This document shows, in pieces, positions 58,511-64,000 of a stretch of 64,000 bases of DNA. Position numbers and translations under genes: made by a program. Under the pieces are notes generated by a model. The model did no database searches. It was not told the origin of the DNA and saw only the letters and a list, made by a program, of their open reading frames with translations. This DNA is from Nitrosopumilus sp. Lineage in GTDB: Archaea; Thermoproteota; Nitrososphaeria; Nitrososphaerales; Nitrosopumilaceae. The DNA lies in NCBI GenBank assembly GCA_965205675.1, contig OZ242186.1, forward strand, positions 1,600,001-1,664,000. The letters are read 5' to 3'. Numbering within the stretch: the stretch's first letter is position 1; each line of letters opens with the position of its first letter.

Positions 58511-59936
58511 AGGTAGTATCACCACAATTATTCGAAAAATAGTCTTTAAAGCAGAGCCATATCTACCACAAGTTCCAAAACCTAAAAAGAAAATTCCTCT
58601 CCAAGTAAGATTACTTTGGTGTGGTATTGCATTACTTATCTATATGATAATGGGACAAACCCCATTATTTGGAGCTAGTGCACCTGCATTTGATTTCCTA
58701 GCCTTTGCTAGAGTTATTTTTGCATCTCAACAAGGTACTTTAGTTGAATTGGGGATTGGGCCGATAGTTACAGCTGGACTCTTGATGCAATTATTGAGAG
58801 GTTCAGATATTCTTAAATTTGATTTCAAAAAACCTGAAGAACGAGGAATTTTTCAGACTGCTACTAAAATAGTAACTTACATCGTAATTGTAGCTGAGTC
58901 AATCGTGTATGCTATTGCAGTTTACGGCCCTGGTGTTACTGAACCATACGTTCTGTATGTAATGATTGGCCAATTGATGGCAGCGTCTGTCATTATCATG
59001 TTCTTAGATGAATTGATTCAGAAAGGTTGGGGGCTTGGTAGTGGAATCAGTTTATTCATTATGGCAGGTGTTGCTCAGCAGATTCTTTGGAGTATGTTTA
59101 GTCCGCTGCCTGCAGGTGATGGTGGCATGATTGGTATTATTCCATATGTTGTTGAATCTTTGACTGGTAGTGGGGATATTACAAATATTCTGTTCCGTTC
59201 GAATCAATTACCAAGCATATTTGGTTTATGTCTGACGGCTGGAATTTTGTTGATTCTTGTATTTACACAAGGTATGAAAATTGAAATTCCAATTGTTTCT
59301 ACAAAATACAGGGGTTTCTCTGCTGTTTATCCAATCAAATTGATGTATGTCTCAAACATCCCAGTTATTTTGGCTTCAGCTCTTACTGCGAATGCTGTTT
59401 TCATATTCCAAATGCTGTGGGCAAACATGAATCCCAGCAATAATAATTTCTTTATGAACTTTATAGCGCAATTTGATCCTACTAGCCCTAGTACTCCAAT
59501 CGGCGGCATCATTTACTACATTACTCCTCCAAGAGGTCTAGATGTTGCAGCTTTAGATCCAATGCGTGCGGTAGGATATGTTTTGTTTATGATTGGAATT
59601 GTAGTTGTATTTGGCAGATTGTGGGTTGAACTTGGTGGTTTATCTCCAAAGAGTGCTGCACAAAACTTACTTGATGCAGATGTACAAATTCCTGGATTTA
59701 GAAGATCAAATAAACCAGTTGAAGCATTGCTAAACAAATACATTCCATCTGTTACAATTATTGGTTCTATGATTTTGGGAGCATTAGCAGGTATTTCTGA
59801 TGTGCTTGGTGTCTTTGGTTCTGGAATTGGAATTTTACTTATGGTGGATATTCTCATCAACTATTACACACAATTAGTTAGAGAACAAGTCGAAGTCGTT
59901 ATGCCGCGTTTAGGTGCTTTACTTGGCAGAAAATAA
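58503..59936 (+). CDS. secY: preprotein translocase SecY/Sec61-alpha
   Basis: ELGIGPIVTA, GWGLGSGISLFI, YVSNIPVIL, IPGFR. Confidence 0.97.
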   Translation: MAEGSITTIIRKIVFKAEPYLPQVPKPKKKIPLQVRLLWCGIALLIYMIMGQTPLFGASAPAFDFLAFARVIFASQQGTLVELGIGPIVTAGLLMQLLRGSDILKFDFKKPEERGIFQTATKIVTYIVIVAESIVYAIAVYGPGVTEPYVLYVMIGQLMAASVIIMFLDELIQKGWGLGSGISLFIMAGVAQQILWSMFSPLPAGDGGMIGIIPYVVESLTGSGDITNILFRSNQLPSIFGLCLTAGILLILVFTQGMKIEIPIVSTKYRGFSAVYPIKLMYVSNIPVILASALTANAVFIFQMLWANMNPSNNNFFMNFIAQFDPTSPSTPIGGIIYYITPPRGLDVAALDPMRAVGYVLFMIGIVVVFGRLWVELGGLSPKSAAQNLLDADVQIPGFRRSNKPVEALLNKYIPSVTIIGSMILGALAGISDVLGVFGSGIGILLMVDILINYYTQLVREQVEVVMPRLGALLGRK

Positions 59937-60501
59937 AAAAATCATAATGATAGGTATTCCAGGTGTTGGAAAGACTACATTACTATCTAAGATCGTTGAA
60001 ATTCTAAAAAATCACGAAAAAAATGTTCACGTGGTTAGTTATGGAACATTGATGTATGAAGTTGCCAAAGAGAACTGTGTTACTGATAGAGATGATCTAA
60101 GAAAATTGCCTGTATCTGAACAACGACATCTTCAAAAAGTTGCAGCCGAAAAAATTGCCTCTCATACTGAAGAAATTATTATTATTGATACACATGCTTT
60201 TATCAACTCTCCAGAAGGCTATTATCCGGGTTTACCTGAACATGTTCTAAAAATTATTCAACCTGCAAACTTTGTATCTGTATCTGCAAAACCTGAAGAA
60301 ATTTACAATAGGCGTATGAAGGACGATACTCGAAATAGGGATAAAATTACTCTGGCTAATATTAAAAAAGAACTAGATGTTCAATCAGGCATGATCTCTG
60401 CATGTGCTGTGATTACTGGTGCACCAGTAAGGGTAATTCTTAATGGTGAGGGAAAGGTTGATGAAGCAGCTAATAAAATCATTAGTGCAATAGGACTGTA
60501 A
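59914..60501 (+). CDS. adkA: archaeal adenylate kinase
   Basis: GIPGVGKTT, IDTH, YYPGLP. Confidence 0.93.
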   Translation: MLYLAENKKIIMIGIPGVGKTTLLSKIVEILKNHEKNVHVVSYGTLMYEVAKENCVTDRDDLRKLPVSEQRHLQKVAAEKIASHTEEIIIIDTHAFINSPEGYYPGLPEHVLKIIQPANFVSVSAKPEEIYNRRMKDDTRNRDKITLANIKKELDVQSGMISACAVITGAPVRVILNGEGKVDEAANKIISAIGL

Positions 60502-60503
60502 AA

Positions 60504-61148
60504 ATGGATTTCAACTTTATACTACTCTTCATCGATTTTATACCTCTTTTTCTAGATTCAATTTCATTACAATTTGATATATTTGGTGGGGAGAGACAGG
60601 CTTTGGGAAGTGATGAACCAATTATTAAAGGATTAATTCTTTCAATGTTTGCCGTAACCGGATTTGGCATTTTATTAAATATCTTCAATTCTGCAGTACG
60701 AAAGAAGATGGTTGATCAAGTGAAACTCAAACGAATTATGAAAGAAACTCGTGGTTGGCAAAAAGAAAGAATGGCTGCAATGAGAGCTAAAGATCAAGCC
60801 AAAATTGCTGAATTAGGAAAAAAATCGTCCTACATGAACAAAATGTCTATGGAGATGATGCAGATGAATATGAGACCCATGCTGATTACTTTTGTACCTT
60901 TAATTTTGATATTTTATCTTGTATTGCCTCAACTATTTGCATACACTGTAGCTATCTCCCCTATTCCACTAAATGTAATTCCGGGAGATCTGTTCCAGTT
61001 AACATGTACAGCAGAACAAGCAGCAGATGTTGATCATGTTTGTACTGAAGAAAATGCATTATATCTTTGGGCTTGGTATTTCCTTTCATCTATTGCGTTT
61101 AGTGGCATAATTATGAGACTTACCAAAACATCAATGGATCTCAGTTGA
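60504..61148 (+). CDS. EMC3/TMCO1 (DUF106, Oxa1 superfamily) membrane protein
   Basis: Coiled coil with Met-rich MMQMNMRPM, WYFLSS; position after adk. Confidence 0.88.
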   Translation: MDFNFILLFIDFIPLFLDSISLQFDIFGGERQALGSDEPIIKGLILSMFAVTGFGILLNIFNSAVRKKMVDQVKLKRIMKETRGWQKERMAAMRAKDQAKIAELGKKSSYMNKMSMEMMQMNMRPMLITFVPLILIFYLVLPQLFAYTVAISPIPLNVIPGDLFQLTCTAEQAADVDHVCTEENALYLWAWYFLSSIAFSGIIMRLTKTSMDLS

Positions 61149-61705
61149 CCAAATCCATTGTTATTTCTGGTCCTCCTGCAGTGGGGAAAACAACTGTTGC
61201 TAAAGGACTGGCCAAAGAATTCAAACTACAATATCTTAGTGGGGGTGATGTTCTCAAAGAAATGGCAAATGAACGCGGTTTTGATTCTAAAGGTGATGAT
61301 TGGTGGGACACTGATGATGGGATGGAATTTCTTAATCAACGTGAAGAAAATTCTGATTTTGATAAAAAATTGGATGCAAAACTAATTACTCTCTTTAATC
61401 AAGGAGGCATGGTAATTACTAGCTATACTTTACCTTGGTTAATCAAAGATGGAATATGCATTTGGTTAGAAGGTTCTCATCAAAGTAGTACTAAACGAAT
61501 GCAGTCTCGTGATAATATGAGCCCTGAAGAGGCATATGAAATTACTAAAGAAAGATTTGATAAGAATAAAGCATTATACAAAAAATTATATAATTTTGAT
61601 TTTGGTGAAGATAAATCTGTATTTGATTTGCTAATAAATACAGATAACTTGACAGCACAACAAGTAATTGACGTTACAAAAGAAACGGTGAGAAAATTAT
61701 TATGA
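61145..61705 (+). CDS. cmk: cytidylate kinase
   Basis: SGPPAVGKTT; operon position. Confidence 0.9.
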   Translation: MTKSIVISGPPAVGKTTVAKGLAKEFKLQYLSGGDVLKEMANERGFDSKGDDWWDTDDGMEFLNQREENSDFDKKLDAKLITLFNQGGMVITSYTLPWLIKDGICIWLEGSHQSSTKRMQSRDNMSPEEAYEITKERFDKNKALYKKLYNFDFGEDKSVFDLLINTDNLTAQQVIDVTKETVRKLL

Positions 61706-62703
61706 CTTTAAAACAACTTGAAAACCTTGTTGAAATTGATCAAGATACTACTGATGATGCTTATGGAACTTATTATGATAAAAGAACTATTGAACAATTA
61801 TTAAACTATGGAATTATTCTTTTGGATAAACCGCCTGGTCCTACAAGTCATGAAACTGTAGCATGGACCAAACGTCTCTTGAAATTACCGAAAATTGGTC
61901 ACAGTGGAACTTTGGATCCTCAAGTATCTGGAGTTTTGCCTTTGGGTCTGGGTGAGGCAACTAAAGCATTAGGTGTATTGCTTTATGGTCCAAAAGAATA
62001 TCATGCATTAGGACGAATTCATTCTTTGCCCTCTAAAGAAAAACTAAATGAAATTGTAGAAATGTTTCAGGGCGAAATTTTTCAAAAACCTCCTCAGCGC
62101 TCAGCTGTTCTAAGACAAACTAGAACAAGAACTATCTATGAATTTGAAGTTATAGAACAAAAGGAAAGATTGCTTTTGACTCGAATTTTATGTGAAGCTG
62201 GTACATACATTAGGAAACTTTACTATGATATGGGTGAAATTTTAGGTCCTGGTGCTACTATGATTGAGCTTAGACGAACTAGAGTTGATCAATTTTATGA
62301 AAAAGATGGTTTGGTTACTCTGCATGAACTTGCAGATGCATTTGCATTATGGGAAGAGAAAAAAGATGATAGTAAATTGATGAAAATGATCAAACCTGTA
62401 GAATCTGCACTAAGTGAATTAAAATCTGTAATTATTCGCGATTCTGCAGTTGATGCAATGTGTCATGGTGCACAGCTTGCAATTCCTGGAATATTAAAAA
62501 TCTCTTCAAATATGAAAAAAGGTGACATCGTTGGAATTTATACACAAAAAGGAGAGGCAGTAGCTTTAGCAGAATCTACAATGTCTGAAGAAGAAATTCA
62601 TGATGCAACAAAAGGATATGCATTTGAGACAAAACGAATAATCATGGCTCCAAATACATATCCAAAAAAATGGAGAACTAAACCTGCTCCTCCAAAGGAT
62701 TAA
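61702..62703 (+). CDS. cbf5: H/ACA pseudouridine synthase Cbf5
   Basis: DKPPGPTSH, GHSGTLDP, GTYIR, PUA domain. Confidence 0.96.
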   Translation: MTLKQLENLVEIDQDTTDDAYGTYYDKRTIEQLLNYGIILLDKPPGPTSHETVAWTKRLLKLPKIGHSGTLDPQVSGVLPLGLGEATKALGVLLYGPKEYHALGRIHSLPSKEKLNEIVEMFQGEIFQKPPQRSAVLRQTRTRTIYEFEVIEQKERLLLTRILCEAGTYIRKLYYDMGEILGPGATMIELRRTRVDQFYEKDGLVTLHELADAFALWEEKKDDSKLMKMIKPVESALSELKSVIIRDSAVDAMCHGAQLAIPGILKISSNMKKGDIVGIYTQKGEAVALAESTMSEEEIHDATKGYAFETKRIIMAPNTYPKKWRTKPAPPKD

Positions 62704-62715
62704 AAAATAAAGAAA

Positions 62716-63162
62716 TTGCTAACACAAAGTCTTGTAATCTTTATTGGAGTTGGTGTAATTGCAGGGCTTGCGTTTGGCGTATATCTAATTGATGTCAAAA
62801 ACCCCAGCCAACTAGTTTTTGTTGATGGTCCTTCAATTTCTATTGTTACTGAAAAATCTGATTTTAAAAAAGGTGAAGAAATAACTATTCGAATTATAAA
62901 TTCTGGAACTACTCCGATCACTTTTTCTGATGATTCGTATGGACTTCGAATAACTGGCTTGTCTGGAATTTTGATGTTTGTTCCTGATCCTTTTGAAGTA
63001 ATTCCAACACTTGATCCTGGTAGTGAAATTAGTTTTTCATGGAATCAAATAAAAAATGATGGTGATGCTGCTTTGGAAGGTCTTTACAAAATATCTGCAA
63101 AAGGAATTGATAATAATGGAAATTATGTAGAAGAATTTACAACCATAACAATTTGGAAATAG
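62716..63162 (+). CDS. membrane-anchored Ig-like hypothetical protein
   Basis: N-terminal TM helix; beta-rich with WNQ...GLYKI. Confidence 0.7.
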   Translation: MLTQSLVIFIGVGVIAGLAFGVYLIDVKNPSQLVFVDGPSISIVTEKSDFKKGEEITIRIINSGTTPITFSDDSYGLRITGLSGILMFVPDPFEVIPTLDPGSEISFSWNQIKNDGDAALEGLYKISAKGIDNNGNYVEEFTTITIWK

Positions 63163-63222
63163 TTTCACAGTAACATAATTTATAATCACATTTTACAAGA
63201 ATATCTTTGTCGCAAGACTTGT

Positions 63223-63323
63223 GCCGGGGTCGCCTAGCCTGGTAGGGCGCGCGCCTGGAAATAATTAACCATAAAGCGCGTTCTCGCAAGGGAACGGGAG
63301 TTCAAATCTCCCTCCCGGCGCCA
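63223..63323 (+). tRNA. tRNA-Ser(GGA) with a 14-nt intron at 37/38 (63261-63274), CCA encoded
   Basis: GCCGGGG/TCCCGGC stem; CGCGC-CTGGAA^ATAATTAACCATAA^A-GCGCG; long variable arm. Confidence 0.93.
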
Positions 63324-63334
63324 CTATACCTTCG

Positions 63335-64000
63335 TATACCTCGGAGCATAATTCTTTGCAATTTTTCAAAACAAATAGCAATACTTTTTGATCAGTAGTT
63401 AGAAATAATTTCATGGACATCACAAATGACGAGTTACTCCAGGCCTACAAAAAAGAAAAAAATATTCACAAAAAAACAAGATTACATGCAATGTGTAAGA
63501 TTAAAATCAACGAATCCACAATTGCTGAAACTGCCAACCAAATGTTTTGTACCTACAATTCTGTAAGGAATTGGCTTGATTCATTTGAAAAATATGGATT
63601 GGAGGATCTCCCTCGTTCTGGCCGTCCGCCATTAATCTCACACAAAAAATTACAAAAGATAGAGCGTGCATTTAAGAAAATTTCAGACGGCATGACTCCA
63701 AAGAAACTGATACAATTCATATTTTACAGAACACGCATTACATATCATATCACTCATGTGCGTCGTTTGATGCACAAATGGAATCTAAAACCAAAGGTTC
63801 CACAAAAACTACATGTACGAGCAGCATCCAAGGATACATGCCGCAAGTGGAAAAACCGCATCATTTCACGCATAGAAAAGGCAAAAAAGAAAGGTTTTAC
63901 AGTATTTATCCAAGACGAGTCTGTATTTGTAGACGATGTGCGTCTTGGCAAAAAATACTGGACAGATGCACACCAAAGATTAATTGTATGTTGGAGAGGA
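63335..64000 (+). mobile_element. IS630 type A copy; transposase ORF from 63413 is open to the window end
   Basis: TATACCTCGGAGCATAA end; near-identical to 21112-22205 but Trp codon intact. Confidence 0.92.

Overview
AT-rich archaeal chromosome segment. Gene content and order point to a Nitrosopumilus-like ammonia-oxidising archaeon (Nitrososphaerota). The conserved backbone holds ribosomal protein clusters (rps4/rps13, rpl10e, rpl15e, rpl1/10/11/12, spt5/secE, rpl19e/32e, rpl18-rps5-rpl30-rpl15-secY-adk-EMC3-cmk-cbf5), glmS, cobT, pckA, sod, ftsY, argF, a two-domain multicopper oxidase/ZIP/CDF metal locus and four tRNAs (Leu-GAG, Glu-CTC, Lys-TTT, intron-containing Ser-GGA). It is heavily interrupted by IS5-, IS630- and IS66-type elements, MITEs and pseudogenes (including pyrE). 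The most striking feature lies in a decayed island around tRNA-Glu (~26.5-32.0 kb): an intact gene fusing a ribosomal protein eS27-type zinc ribbon to a PIN RNase domain with all four acidic catalytic residues. It sits 58 bp downstream of the 3' remnant of a Type I R-M hsdS gene (the slot PrrC occupies in EcoprrI), close to a hicBA pair and an unusual TBP-like/RNase HII chimera. Other points of interest are a DUF4377-Kunitz protease-inhibitor protein, two putative secreted pro-proteins sharing an E-x-[YF]-x-x-[ND]-x-x-YW motif, a 19-bp-periodic DtxR/MntR-like operator array and REP-like intergenic palindromes. All assignments come from reading motifs by eye; no database searches were run.
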